From an uncultured Pelagibacteraceae bacterium (lineage in GTDB: Bacteria; Pseudomonadota; Alphaproteobacteria; Pelagibacterales; Pelagibacteraceae), in assembly GCA_902517535.1 (NCBI GenBank), contig CABYCK010000001.1, positions 21,317 to 85,316 of the forward strand: a stretch of DNA of 64,000 nt, given 5' to 3'. Made by a program: the position numbers and the translations under genes. Positions 28,115 to 37,574 of this stretch are shown one piece after another; positions within the stretch are counted from its first letter, which is position 1, and each line of letters opens with the position of its first letter. The notes under the pieces were generated by a model. It had not been told where the DNA came from, searched no databases, and saw only the letters and a program-made list of their open reading frames with translations.

Positions 28115-28320
28115 TTAGAAGATGCTCTCTGAACCACATAAATTTCTAGGCTTTCGCCCAGAAATTTAGTAGTTTTGGCTCGTCGTTTTAGGCGCTACCG
28201 CCAAGCCTTCCCGATGGACTATTCTAGCGCTACTAGGTCCACCTTTCTGCCCTTTAAGCTTGAACCTCTCGGTTTTTCCCTAAATGGCCAGTTAAGAGTT
28301 GCCTCTTAATTAAATTCATT
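28111..28320 (-). ncRNA. Structured non-coding RNA (~200 nt), IMES-4-like from recollection
   Basis: GC-enriched gap with no plausible ORF and at least five hairpins; three GNRA tetraloops (GCAA, GAGA, GAAA) and G-U pairs appear on the minus strand; family name unverified. Confidence 0.75.
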
Positions 28321-28366
28321 AAATCATTTTTAAAAAAAAAAGATATCACTTAATACGTGCTGGATA

Positions 28367-29500
28367 TTACGATGTTAACTTAGTGGATAATTCTTTGTTA
28401 AAAGCCTTGTCTATCCACCCACCTCCTAATAATTTATCCCCAAGATCATCTCTACAGTAAAAAACACAAGCTTGTCCAGGCGAGATACCGGTTTCTTTTT
28501 CTAAAATATAAACCGTTTTTTCTTCTAAATTAATATCAGCTTTAAGAAGTCTTCCTGTGGACCTAACTTTTATATTGATGGTTTTGTTAAATTCATTTTT
28601 GTTTCCTAAAATATTTAAATCTCTTAACTTGATTTTTTTAATTTCTAAAAAATCTTTTGATCCAACTATTATAGTATTTTTGTAGGCATTAATGCTTACT
28701 ACGTATAGAGGTTTGTCATTTGATACTCTAATTCCTTTTCTTTGGCCAATAGTGTAATTAATAATTCCTTCATGATCACCAATATGTTTTCCATAAACAT
28801 CTAATATTTTTCCTTGTTTGAAAGACTCTGGTCTAAATTTTTTTATTACTGAGCTATAATCACCATTAGGTACAAAACAAATGTCTTGGCTATCTGGTTT
28901 GTTTGCTACATTTAAATCTAGTTTTTTTGCCAAGCTTCTGGTTTCTGATTTGTTAATTTCTCCTAAAGGAAATCTAAGATAATCAAGTTGAGCTTGAGAA
29001 GTATTAAACAAAAAATAGCTTTGATCACGATTTTGATCTTTTGCCATATACATTTTCGCATGACCATTATTTTGGATTCTAGTTACATAATGACCTGTGA
29101 TCAAGGCATCTGCTTTTAAATCTTTAGCATATTTAAAAAGATCTCTGAATTTGACTGTTTGGTTACATTGTACACACGGTATTGGTGTTTCTCCTGCAGT
29201 ATAACTATCTACGAAAGAGTCAATTACCTCAGATTTAAATTTTTTTTGATAATATAATATCTTGTGTTCAAAGTTTAGTTTTTCTGAAACTCTTTTTGCG
29301 TCTAATATATCTTGACCAGCACAACATTGTCTTCCATCTGTCGAAGATTTAGAGTCGTCATATAACTTTAAAGTAATACCAGTAACGTTGTATCCCTCAT
29401 TTTTCATTAAAGCAGCCACTACTGAGGAGTCTACTCCACCAGACATTGCAACGACAACATTTGTGTCTTTTTTAGATTTATTAATACCTAGAGAATTCAT
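28367..29500 (-). CDS. mnmA: tRNA 2-thiouridine(34) synthase
   Basis: [44 protein letters not shown] motifs. Confidence 0.96.
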   Translation of the reverse strand: MNSLGINKSKKDTNVVVAMSGGVDSSVVAALMKNEGYNVTGITLKLYDDSKSSTDGRQCCAGQDILDAKRVSEKLNFEHKILYYQKKFKSEVIDSFVDSYTAGETPIPCVQCNQTVKFRDLFKYAKDLKADALITGHYVTRIQNNGHAKMYMAKDQNRDQSYFLFNTSQAQLDYLRFPLGEINKSETRSLAKKLDLNVANKPDSQDICFVPNGDYSSVIKKFRPESFKQGKILDVYGKHIGDHEGIINYTIGQRKGIRVSNDKPLYVVSINAYKNTIIVGSKDFLEIKKIKLRDLNILGNKNEFNKTINIKVRSTGRLLKADINLEEKTVYILEKETGISPGQACVFYCRDDLGDKLLGGGWIDKAFNKELSTKLTS

Positions 29501-29539
29501 TTTTAAAGTGTATAATATAAAAAAGAATAATTTTCCATA

Positions 29540-29719
29540 ATGTATATTGATCTAGAGCCAGGTGATTATGTAACTAATCCAGCAAATCAAAGCTGGGGTG
29601 TGGGACAAATTCAATCTATAATTGGTAGTAAAGTTACTGTAAATTTTGAAAATTTTGGAAAACAAGTGCTAAATATTGAAAAGGTTACTTTAAAGAAATT
29701 AGATAATGAACAAAAATGA
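29540..29719 (+). CDS. DUF3553-like small protein (59 aa)
   Basis: Not in ORF track; [41 protein letters not shown]...; overlaps the cysQ start. Confidence 0.8.
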   Translation: MYIDLEPGDYVTNPANQSWGVGQIQSIIGSKVTVNFENFGKQVLNIEKVTLKKLDNEQK

Positions 29720-30485
29720 ACTTAAAATCTTAGCCGAGAGTTTACTCGAAACTTTCCATTTTGCAGGTCAAAAATCAATTGAATTGTATGAGAATGGATT
29801 AAATATCAATATTAAAAAAGACAAAACACCTGTTAGCAATGGAGATCTTGAGGTTAATAAAATTATTACAAGTAAAATTTCAAATATCACTCCAAATATA
29901 CCAATTATTTCTGAAGAAACAGTTGACACTAATATAAAAAATAAAGCCAAAATTTTTTGGCTGATTGATCCTATTGATGGAACCAGAGAGTATATTGCAG
30001 GAAAAAATGAATATACGTTAAATGCAGCTTTAGTAATAGACAAAATTCCGGTACTAGGTCTAGTAGGTGTTCCAAAAAAAAATAGACTTTTTTATTCATT
30101 TAATCCAGGAGAAAGTTTTTTAATAGAAAATAATTCTACAAAAAAATTAGATTGTTCAAAAAAACAACCAAAAAATAAAATTGTAGCTTTATCAAGTGTT
30201 GGAAAACCTTCAGATATAATCTTGAATACACTAAAGAAATTTGATGTAAATTTAATTGTACAAATGGCTAGTTCATATAAATTTTGTGTTATTGCTACAG
30301 GCGAATATGATATTTATGCCGCTAGAGAAAGAGCAAATGAGTGGGACTATGCTGCAGGTCACGCTATAGCATCAAATGCAGGTGCAATTATCAAAACTTT
30401 GGATGGTAAACCATTTTTATATGGCAAAGAAGATTATAGAAATCCTAGTTTGTTAATAAAGAGATCAGAAAACTTAAATGATTAA
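29706..30485 (+). CDS. cysQ: 3'(2'),5'-bisphosphate nucleotidase
   Basis: ISEE, WLIDPIDGTREY, EWDYAAGHA and YGK motifs. Confidence 0.85.
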   Translation: MNKNELKILAESLLETFHFAGQKSIELYENGLNINIKKDKTPVSNGDLEVNKIITSKISNITPNIPIISEETVDTNIKNKAKIFWLIDPIDGTREYIAGKNEYTLNAALVIDKIPVLGLVGVPKKNRLFYSFNPGESFLIENNSTKKLDCSKKQPKNKIVALSSVGKPSDIILNTLKKFDVNLIVQMASSYKFCVIATGEYDIYAARERANEWDYAAGHAIASNAGAIIKTLDGKPFLYGKEDYRNPSLLIKRSENLND

Positions 30486-30615
30486 AACAATTCTAATAAT
30501 AATAACATCCGTAACTTTTTTAGGTGTTTTGTTTTTTATAATCGTTAAAAATTTACTTAAGAGAAAAATTGATCAGTTAGTCAAAGATGAAAAAAATAGG
30601 ACTAAGAAATCCTAA
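30478..30615 (+). CDS. 45-aa single-TM microprotein
   Basis: Not in ORF track; ATG overlaps the cysQ end; MIKTILIIITSVTFLGVLFFIIVKNLLKRKIDQLVKDEKNRTKKS. Confidence 0.5.
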   Translation: MIKTILIIITSVTFLGVLFFIIVKNLLKRKIDQLVKDEKNRTKKS

Positions 30616-31162
30616 TGAGTTTTTTAAACTCATTTGGATCGAGACTTAACACTCTTTTAGATAATTCAAAACTAAAACCACCTCTCGCAAGAATACCCAT
30701 GTCTTTTTTGTAAAACAATTCTCTATTAGCTTCCGGCCTTAATGGCCCTATCCTTCTTCTTTTGCATAACTTTAATGCAGAAACAAAATCTGGTTCAATT
30801 TCATTATCTTTTATCTTATCTATTGTTTTTTTGATAAATTTACTGTCAATCCCTTTGGTTCTTAATGTTTGATTTATCTTATTAAGTGAATATCCTCTTT
30901 TTAAAAACATCCTTGCCTTAGAGTCTGAATAAAGCTCATCATTAATAATTCTATTTTTTTCAAGATTAGCAACAATTTTATCTATTATTAAGGATACTTC
31001 TTTTTTTGATTTAGTTCCTTTAATCTTTAGTAAGTATTTTTTTAATAGGTAAATTTTCAGTTGTTGTTTAGAAGGGCTATATTTTTCTAAATAGGAGTAA
31101 GCTAAATCTTTTAAATTGGTAGTTAGGTCTTCAAAATCAGTTTTATTTAATGTGGGATTCAT
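30602..31162 (-). CDS. recX: RecA regulator RecX
   Basis: 'AYSYLEKY', 'INDELY', 'RGYSLNKINQTLRTKGI', 'RRRIGP', 'LARGGFSF' motifs. Confidence 0.8.
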   Translation of the reverse strand: MNPTLNKTDFEDLTTNLKDLAYSYLEKYSPSKQQLKIYLLKKYLLKIKGTKSKKEVSLIIDKIVANLEKNRIINDELYSDSKARMFLKRGYSLNKINQTLRTKGIDSKFIKKTIDKIKDNEIEPDFVSALKLCKRRRIGPLRPEANRELFYKKDMGILARGGFSFELSKRVLSLDPNEFKKLIRIS

Positions 31163-31188
31163 TAGGCTAATATACTATATTATTTTGA

Positions 31189-31659
31189 ATGATAAATAAT
31201 CTTCTAGATATATTAACTTACAATAATATTTATTTATTTGCTAATTGGGGAATTATTCCTTTTTGGATAATGTTGATAATTTTGCCTAATCACGTAGTAA
31301 CTAACTTTTTTGTGCAATCAATTATTGTGCCTTTATTGCTTGCCGCTGCGTATGGATATATTGCATACAATATTTTTTTAGATGGAAATATTTTGGATGG
31401 ATTTGAATTATATTCAGGCTTAGATGGTCTTTATTCAATGTTTTCTAATGAAGCATTTCTTTTAATTTTTTGGTTACATTTTTTAGCTATAAGTTTATTT
31501 GTTGGAGCTTGGATTGTTAGAGACTCTACAAGATTTATAATACCTAAATTTTTTGTTTTAATTTCTCTTTTCCTAACTTATTTTACAGGACCTGTAGGCC
31601 TTCTATTTTATTGGTTCATTAGAATTTTTTTCTCAAAAAAAATTAGTTTCAATGATTAA
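31189..31659 (+). CDS. ABA4-like (DUF4281) membrane protein
   Basis: 'PFWIML', 'WLHFLAISLFVG.W', 'GPVGLLFY' motifs. Confidence 0.75.
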   Translation: MINNLLDILTYNNIYLFANWGIIPFWIMLIILPNHVVTNFFVQSIIVPLLLAAAYGYIAYNIFLDGNILDGFELYSGLDGLYSMFSNEAFLLIFWLHFLAISLFVGAWIVRDSTRFIIPKFFVLISLFLTYFTGPVGLLFYWFIRIFFSKKISFND

Positions 31660-32239
31660 ACCATTTGAATTTTATTTTGATTTCATCAGCCCATATTCCT
31701 TTTTAGCTCATAAAGAAATAAAAAAAATAGAAAAAAAATTTTCAATAAAAGTTCAATACAAACCTATTTTATTGGGAGGATTACATAATTTACATGGAAT
31801 AAAAGCCCCAGCGTTTATACCGGCTAAAGCAAGACATATGATACGAGACTGTAAGTTAATTGCAGAAAAAAATAAAGTGAAATTTAAATTTAATTCTTAT
31901 TTTCCAATAAGAAGTTTAAATTTAATGAGGGGTGTGCTGGTCGCTGAAGAGGACAATTTTAAAAACTATTATGTGGATACTATTTTTAACTCAATCTGGC
32001 AAGATGGGCTTAACATGAATGATGATAATGTTGTTCAAAAAGTTCTTAAAAATTTAAATGTAAACCCAAAAACATTTTTTTTAAGATCTGCCTCTGCTTC
32101 AATTAAAGATTCATTGAGAAAAAGGACAAGTGATGCTTATGATAAAGGAATTTTTGGAGCACCAAGTTTTGTTTCAAACAATAAAGTATTTTGGGGGCAA
32201 GACAGAATAGAATTTGTTCTCAAAGAATCTTATAAATAA
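31652..32239 (+). CDS. 2-hydroxychromene-2-carboxylate isomerase / kappa-GST family protein
   Basis: FYFDFISPYS, GIFGAPSF and FWGQDR motifs. Confidence 0.88.
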   Translation: MIKPFEFYFDFISPYSFLAHKEIKKIEKKFSIKVQYKPILLGGLHNLHGIKAPAFIPAKARHMIRDCKLIAEKNKVKFKFNSYFPIRSLNLMRGVLVAEEDNFKNYYVDTIFNSIWQDGLNMNDDNVVQKVLKNLNVNPKTFFLRSASASIKDSLRKRTSDAYDKGIFGAPSFVSNNKVFWGQDRIEFVLKESYK

Positions 32240-32638
32240 TTACTTTCTTTCTTTTTTAACAACCGGTAATCCGATATTTTTTAATGACTCAAATCCCCCA
32301 TCAACATTAGCTACGTTTTGAAATCCCATTTCTTTCAAAGCTTTAGTTGCTAAAGCCGATCTAAATCCTAATGCACAATATAAAACTATATTTTTCATAT
32401 CTCCAATTTTTTTTTCTTGATAATAAGAACTTTGAGGGTCTAGCCAAAATTCAAGCATTCCTCTTGGAATATGAATTGAATTCTTAATAGCTCCTTCTTT
32501 CCAAAGCTCTCGAACGTCTCTCACGTCAATTAGTGTTATATCACCTTTTTCGTAAGCACTTTTTACTTCTGCTGAGGACATAACCTTAATGGTTTTATTA
32601 GCTTCATCAACAAGTTCTTTAGAAGATTTAATATTCAT
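32240..32638 (-). CDS. Rhodanese-like sulfurtransferase
   Basis: IDVRD, HIPRGMLEF, YCALGFRS, DGGF motifs; start reassigned to ATG 32638. Confidence 0.88.
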   Translation of the reverse strand: MNIKSSKELVDEANKTIKVMSSAEVKSAYEKGDITLIDVRDVRELWKEGAIKNSIHIPRGMLEFWLDPQSSYYQEKKIGDMKNIVLYCALGFRSALATKALKEMGFQNVANVDGGFESLKNIGLPVVKKERK

Positions 32639-32657
32639 GTTATTAAAATATATATCA

Positions 32658-33644
32658 ATGAAAGAAATTAAAAGCTCTAAAAAGAATAATTTTATAAAGA
32701 AAATTTTAATTAAAATTTGTCGCATATTTGGCTATGAATTAATCGATCAAAGCACTCTAGAATTTCCAGTTTCAAACAAAAACTACCAAGATGTCTTGAG
32801 TGAACCAGGAAACAAATCTATTAATTTAGGTCTTGGAGAAACTTCTATTAACAGGAAAGTAACTAATTTAGATATAATAATAAAAACCTGCACTAGTGTT
32901 CAGCTTGTGTCTCAAAATAAAAAAAGAATTTTTGAAAAAGATAAGTCCGAGTATACTTTTAGAACGGTGAATTCTTTGATCAATTCAGCACATCATCTAA
33001 AAAAAAGATTTGAAAAATTAACAATTAAATTTACAATTCTAGACGTAAACTCACCAGAGACACATATTGAAAAGATGCTGACTAAATTTAATAAAGAGGG
33101 TTTTGAAGTAGATCATTTTCCAGTAAAAATAGACAAAAATTTTAAAGACAATATGTCAACCACTATGGCATCTATAAAGCATTCATTTAATTTGGCTAAA
33201 AACTGTAAGGATTTAATTTATTTTGTGGAAGATGATTATGTTCATAAAAATGAAGCTTTAACGGAAATGTTGTTTGCTTATGAAAAATTTTGCTCTATTT
33301 ATCAAAATGAAATATTTATTTTATCTACTGATTACCCCTATCTTTATAAAAAGATGAATAGTTCAAACATTTTAATTGGTGAGAATACACATTGGAGGAC
33401 GGTTAAAGAATCTTTGTTAACATTCATGACTAGTAAAAAAATGGTTGAAAAATATTTTGATAAATTAATTGATATGACTACCAGACAAAGTGATCCGTTT
33501 GAGAAAAATCTGCATGAAATTTATGAACAGGAAAAATGCCTATCACCAATTCCATCGCTGAGTGTTCATTGTACTAATATCAATTCTGTTTTTGGAATAT
33601 CTCCAAATTTAAATGTTAAAAAAATTTGGGATGAAAATAAATAA
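32658..33644 (+). CDS. GT-A fold glycosyltransferase-like protein
   Basis: YFVEDDYVH DxD-like motif; start reassigned to ATG 32658. Confidence 0.65.
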   Translation: MKEIKSSKKNNFIKKILIKICRIFGYELIDQSTLEFPVSNKNYQDVLSEPGNKSINLGLGETSINRKVTNLDIIIKTCTSVQLVSQNKKRIFEKDKSEYTFRTVNSLINSAHHLKKRFEKLTIKFTILDVNSPETHIEKMLTKFNKEGFEVDHFPVKIDKNFKDNMSTTMASIKHSFNLAKNCKDLIYFVEDDYVHKNEALTEMLFAYEKFCSIYQNEIFILSTDYPYLYKKMNSSNILIGENTHWRTVKESLLTFMTSKKMVEKYFDKLIDMTTRQSDPFEKNLHEIYEQEKCLSPIPSLSVHCTNINSVFGISPNLNVKKIWDENK

Positions 33645-33698
33645 GGCCCAGAGAGGATCTGGGCCTTAAATTTCTCCTTAAAACGAGGGAGGAGATTT
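33642..33698. terminator. Tandem hairpins between convergent genes
   Basis: taaggcccaga-N5-tctgggcctta, followed by aaatttctcct...aggagattt. Confidence 0.7.
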
Positions 33699-33708
33699 GC
33701 GTAACTTT

Positions 33709-35007
33709 TTAGTCTCTAATACCGTAAGCTATTACACCAACTTCTGACTTGTCGGTTCCTAGTCTTTCAGCTTCTTTACTTATTCTTAATCCAACTGTAT
33801 TTTTAATAATTTGGAAAACAATAAACGAGACTACGAATACGAATACCACTACTGAGATAGTTCCAAGGAATTGTGCTCCGAAAGAAACATCTCCATTTGT
33901 TAATGGCACTGCTAATGTACCCCATACTCCAGCTACTAAGTGTGCTGGTATGGCACCTACTACGTCGTCAATTTTCATTTTGAACAATAGTTTTGTTGAG
34001 AAGTACATTAATACTCCTGCTATCGCTCCTATAAAGATTGCAGCTAACGGACTTGGTGTTAATGGCTCTGCCGTAATTCCAACTAATCCAGCTATAGCGC
34101 CGTTTAGCATCATTACTACGTCGGTTTTGCCACCAATTAATCTAGACACGGTTGCGGCAGCTAAAACACCACCACCTGCAGCTAAATTCGTATTGATATA
34201 AATTGTTGCAACTGATGAAACGTCTTCTAACGTTCCAGAAGCTAACTGAGATCCACCGTTAAATCCGAACCAACCTAACCAAAGTATAAATACTCCTAGT
34301 GTTGCTAACGGAATTGATGATGCAGCAAATGGTGTCATAGCTTTGACTCCGCCGCTAGAACTAAATCTTCCAGATCTTGCTCCAAGCACTATTGCACCTG
34401 CTAAAGCGGCAGCACCACCTGCAGCATGTACTAGTGTTGAACCGGCAAAGTCTGAAAATCCAGCAACAGATAACCATCCGCCACCCCACTGCCAACCCAT
34501 TGAAATTGGATATATAATTCCAGTTAAAATTGCGGCAAATAAGAAAAATGGCCAGATCTTAATTCTTTCAGCTAACGTACCAGATACGATTGACATTGTA
34601 GTTGCACAGAACACCATTTGGAAAAACCAGTCAGAACCATCAGAATATCCTGTCTCTAATGCTGAATTATCACTCCATGGTGTGAATGAACCTATATATC
34701 CGCCTTCTGGGATACCGTAAGCTAAATTGTAACCAACCAACCAGAACATTACTCCAGCGATTGAGTATAAACCTATATTTTTTGCACAGATTGCTGATAC
34801 AGATTTTGATGTTACCAGTCCTGACTCTAACATTGCGAAACCTGCGGCCATCCACATGACCAAGAAACCTGACATTAAAAATAATAGGGTATTAAATATG
34901 TATTGTACTTCAGCAGATACAGTGGTTTCGGCATAACCTAAACCTGCAAATCCAAAATAGATTGCTGTTCCTGCAAAGAAGTAACTTATGTATTTTTTCA
35001 TTTTCAC
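33709..35007 (-). CDS. amtB: Ammonium transporter
   Basis: FFQMVF, AER, DFAGSTLVH, WFGFNGGS, DDVVGAIPAH motifs. Confidence 0.95.
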   Translation of the reverse strand: MKMKKYISYFFAGTAIYFGFAGLGYAETTVSAEVQYIFNTLLFLMSGFLVMWMAAGFAMLESGLVTSKSVSAICAKNIGLYSIAGVMFWLVGYNLAYGIPEGGYIGSFTPWSDNSALETGYSDGSDWFFQMVFCATTMSIVSGTLAERIKIWPFFLFAAILTGIIYPISMGWQWGGGWLSVAGFSDFAGSTLVHAAGGAAALAGAIVLGARSGRFSSSGGVKAMTPFAASSIPLATLGVFILWLGWFGFNGGSQLASGTLEDVSSVATIYINTNLAAGGGVLAAATVSRLIGGKTDVVMMLNGAIAGLVGITAEPLTPSPLAAIFIGAIAGVLMYFSTKLLFKMKIDDVVGAIPAHLVAGVWGTLAVPLTNGDVSFGAQFLGTISVVVFVFVVSFIVFQIIKNTVGLRISKEAERLGTDKSEVGVIAYGIRD

Positions 35008-35098
35008 TCCCTTTTTTGATTATTTGAAACGTATATTTTGATGAATATTGAATAACCAACGAAATAAGAGAGATTTAGCTATGCAATTTTTGCAAGTA

Positions 35099-35136
35099 GT
35101 TTAGCCCTTATTTGAAAAAGCAAATAAGGGCTAAAA
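35099..35136 (-). terminator. Intrinsic terminator after the HU gene
   Basis: Inverted repeat tttagcccttatttg-N6-caaataagggctaaa. Confidence 0.75.
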
Positions 35137-35143
35137 TTGTTGT

Positions 35144-35419
35144 TTATCGATTAAACATTTCTTTTAAGCTTTTAGCGGGTAAAAACTTAACTTTTTGAGA
35201 TGCTGCAATCTGTATTGACTCCCCTGTTCTTGGATTTCTACCAACTCTAGCTTTTCTTTTTGCTACTTTATAAGTACCAAAACCAGCTATTTTTACAGTG
35301 TCATCGTTTTTCAAAGCATCTAAAATAATTGTCGTAATTGAGTCAAAAGTTCTTTCTGCATCAGCTTTACTCTGACCCAATGTGGACGATATTTTTGCTA
35401 CTAGTTGTTTTTTGTTCAT
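35144..35419 (-). CDS. hup: HU family DNA-binding protein
   Basis: IAGFGTY and GRNPRTGE motifs. Confidence 0.93.
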   Translation of the reverse strand: MNKKQLVAKISSTLGQSKADAERTFDSITTIILDALKNDDTVKIAGFGTYKVAKRKARVGRNPRTGESIQIAASQKVKFLPAKSLKEMFNR

Positions 35420-35501
35420 TTATGCCCCTTCATGGTTAATATTGAATTTCAACAATTTGCTAGTAAAATCAACACTTTTTTAGTGTTTCACATAAATATT
35501 A

Positions 35502-35517
35502 ACACTACATATTGTAG
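35502..35517. promoter_or_regulatory. NrdR-box-like palindrome upstream of HU
   Basis: ACACTACATATTGTAG compared with consensus acaCwAtATaTwGtgt. Confidence 0.45.
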
Positions 35518-35563
35518 TCTAAAAGTATTGATTTTATTGACTTTTTTAGATGATAAAAGGGGC

Positions 35564-36679
35564 TTAAAATAAGCCTAAATCTTTTAAATCGTTAATAGTG
35601 GTAAATAACATTAAAAAAACAAGCAAAAAAAGCCCGATTCGAAAAAAACCCTCTTGAGTTTTCTGTGTTAAAGGTCTTCCTAAAATTTTTTCAAAAAAAT
35701 AAAACATTAGATGACCGCCATCCAACATTGGAATAGGAAAAAGATTAATAAATCCTAAGCTAATAGAAATGTAGGCCATTATACTTAAAAAGGCTACTAC
35801 GCCGTATTGAGCAACTTGACCAGTAATTTTGGCGATTTTAATTGGCCCCCCTAGTTGCGTTGTGTCACCTTTGCCTTTTAACATAGATAAGACAAAATCT
35901 AACGAAGCTTGAGTTACAAACCATGTTTCTTTAATGGCGTAAAATAATGCTGTAGCTGGACCTAGTCTTTCTTTATTAAATTCATTATTTTTTGGAGATA
36001 TTTTTATTCCTATAATCTTTTTATTTATTGTGTTTCCAAACGAGTCTTCACTTTTAACCTTTTCTGGTATTACTGTAAAATTAATTTCAGAATTATTTCT
36101 TAAAATTTTAATTTCAACATTTTCAGAGGTTGAAGTATTAATAAAAGTAGATACTTCTAGTATGCTATTAACCTTTTTTTCATTTATCGAAATAATTAAG
36201 TCTCCACTTTTAATACCTGCAGAATAAGCTGGACTATCCTTTTGGACTTCATGAATTTGAGCAGGAGTAAAGTCTTTTCCAGAAAAAATATAAATTAAAG
36301 CAAAAATTACTATTGCAAGCAAAAAATTAGCCATAGGACCAGCGGCCACGATCAAAGATCTTTGATAAAGTGGTTTTGTGACAAAAAGCTTATCTTGATC
36401 TTCTTTCGAATATTTTTTTAAAAGTTCATCTTGTTCTGCTTGACTAAAAACGTTTCTATCTCCAAAGAATTTGACATACCCTCCAAGTGGTATGGCACAA
36501 AACTTCCATCTAGTGCCTGATTTATCATGAAAGCCAAAAATTTCTTTTCCAAAACCTACGGAAAAATCTGTAACTCCTACTCCAAATCTTTTTGCAAAAT
36601 AATAATGTCCATACTCATGAACAAAAACAACAACTGTTAATAAAATAATAAAAGGTATAATAAAATTTAAAATTTCCAT
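35564..36679 (-). CDS. rseP: Site-2 intramembrane metalloprotease
   Basis: HEYGH, one PDZ domain, NLFPIPMLDGG. Confidence 0.93.
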   Translation of the reverse strand: MEILNFIIPFIILLTVVVFVHEYGHYYFAKRFGVGVTDFSVGFGKEIFGFHDKSGTRWKFCAIPLGGYVKFFGDRNVFSQAEQDELLKKYSKEDQDKLFVTKPLYQRSLIVAAGPMANFLLAIVIFALIYIFSGKDFTPAQIHEVQKDSPAYSAGIKSGDLIISINEKKVNSILEVSTFINTSTSENVEIKILRNNSEINFTVIPEKVKSEDSFGNTINKKIIGIKISPKNNEFNKERLGPATALFYAIKETWFVTQASLDFVLSMLKGKGDTTQLGGPIKIAKITGQVAQYGVVAFLSIMAYISISLGFINLFPIPMLDGGHLMFYFFEKILGRPLTQKTQEGFFRIGLFLLVFLMLFTTINDLKDLGLF

Positions 36680-37557
36680 TCGTTTACCTTGCTAAAAATA
36701 AAATTTCTAAATGCAGTTAATCTGGCGTTCTTTTTTAAAGAAGCTGGATAAACAAAATGTGTTTCTGTGGGTTTCCCTGACTCATTAGGTAAAACTTTTG
36801 TTAAATTAGGAACATTTTGAACGATATAATCTGGGAGGGCAGCTAATCCAACGCCGCTTTGCACTGCTAGCAATAAACCATAAACACTATTTACTTTCAT
36901 AATTGATTTTCTTTTTTTTCCCTCTTTAATACCTAGCTTTAAAACCCAGTCAGGATTATATACTGGTGAAGGAGCTCCTCTTCCATAAGTTATAAATTTA
37001 TGATTATTTAAATCTTTGATAGTTTTGGGATATCCATTTTTCTCTAAATATTGATTGGAGCCATATATATGATAATTAAAATCAACAAATTTTTTTTGAA
37101 TATAGTTTAATTGCTTAGGCCTTCGCATCCATATGCCCACGTCTGCTTGACGAGTACTTAGATCTAATTCTTTGTCATCAAATATAAGCTCTAGTTCAAC
37201 ACCAGGATTTAAATCCATGAATTCTTTAATACGTGGAGTTAACCAGGTAGTACCAAAGCTTACGACTGTAGTAACTGTAAGTTTTCCATCAAGTTTATCT
37301 TTTCCTCCGCTTAGATTTGACTCTACATCTTTTAATTTTGATATAACTTCATGAGCTGATTTAAACAAGTACTCTCCATTCTCAGTTAAAACTAATCCTC
37401 TGGCATGTCTCTCAAAAAGTGGCACTTTTAAATCATTTTCTAAGGCTTGAATTTGCCTGCTAATAGCAGATTGACTTAAATTTAATATTGTTGAGGCTTT
37501 AGTAAAACTCGAGGCTTCTGCAACAGTATGAAAAATTTTTAACTTATCCCAATCCAT
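36667..37557 (-). CDS. LysR family transcriptional regulator
   Basis: N-terminal HTH 'SFTKAS..LNLSQSAISRQIQALE'. Confidence 0.93.
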   Translation of the reverse strand: MDWDKLKIFHTVAEASSFTKASTILNLSQSAISRQIQALENDLKVPLFERHARGLVLTENGEYLFKSAHEVISKLKDVESNLSGGKDKLDGKLTVTTVVSFGTTWLTPRIKEFMDLNPGVELELIFDDKELDLSTRQADVGIWMRRPKQLNYIQKKFVDFNYHIYGSNQYLEKNGYPKTIKDLNNHKFITYGRGAPSPVYNPDWVLKLGIKEGKKRKSIMKVNSVYGLLLAVQSGVGLAALPDYIVQNVPNLTKVLPNESGKPTETHFVYPASLKKNARLTAFRNFIFSKVNEWKF

Positions 37558-37574
37558 TTAATTATATTTATAGT

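Noticed and set aside
28111-28320. tRNA, tmRNA, RNase P or a simple terminator
   Set aside because: No cloverleaf, tag reading frame or RNase P GGAAAGUC core seen; too long and multi-branched for a terminator
32589-32725. Overlapping divergent ORF starts of the rhodanese and glycosyltransferase genes
   Set aside because: Artefact of longest-ORF calling; ATGs at 32638 and 32658 remove the overlap
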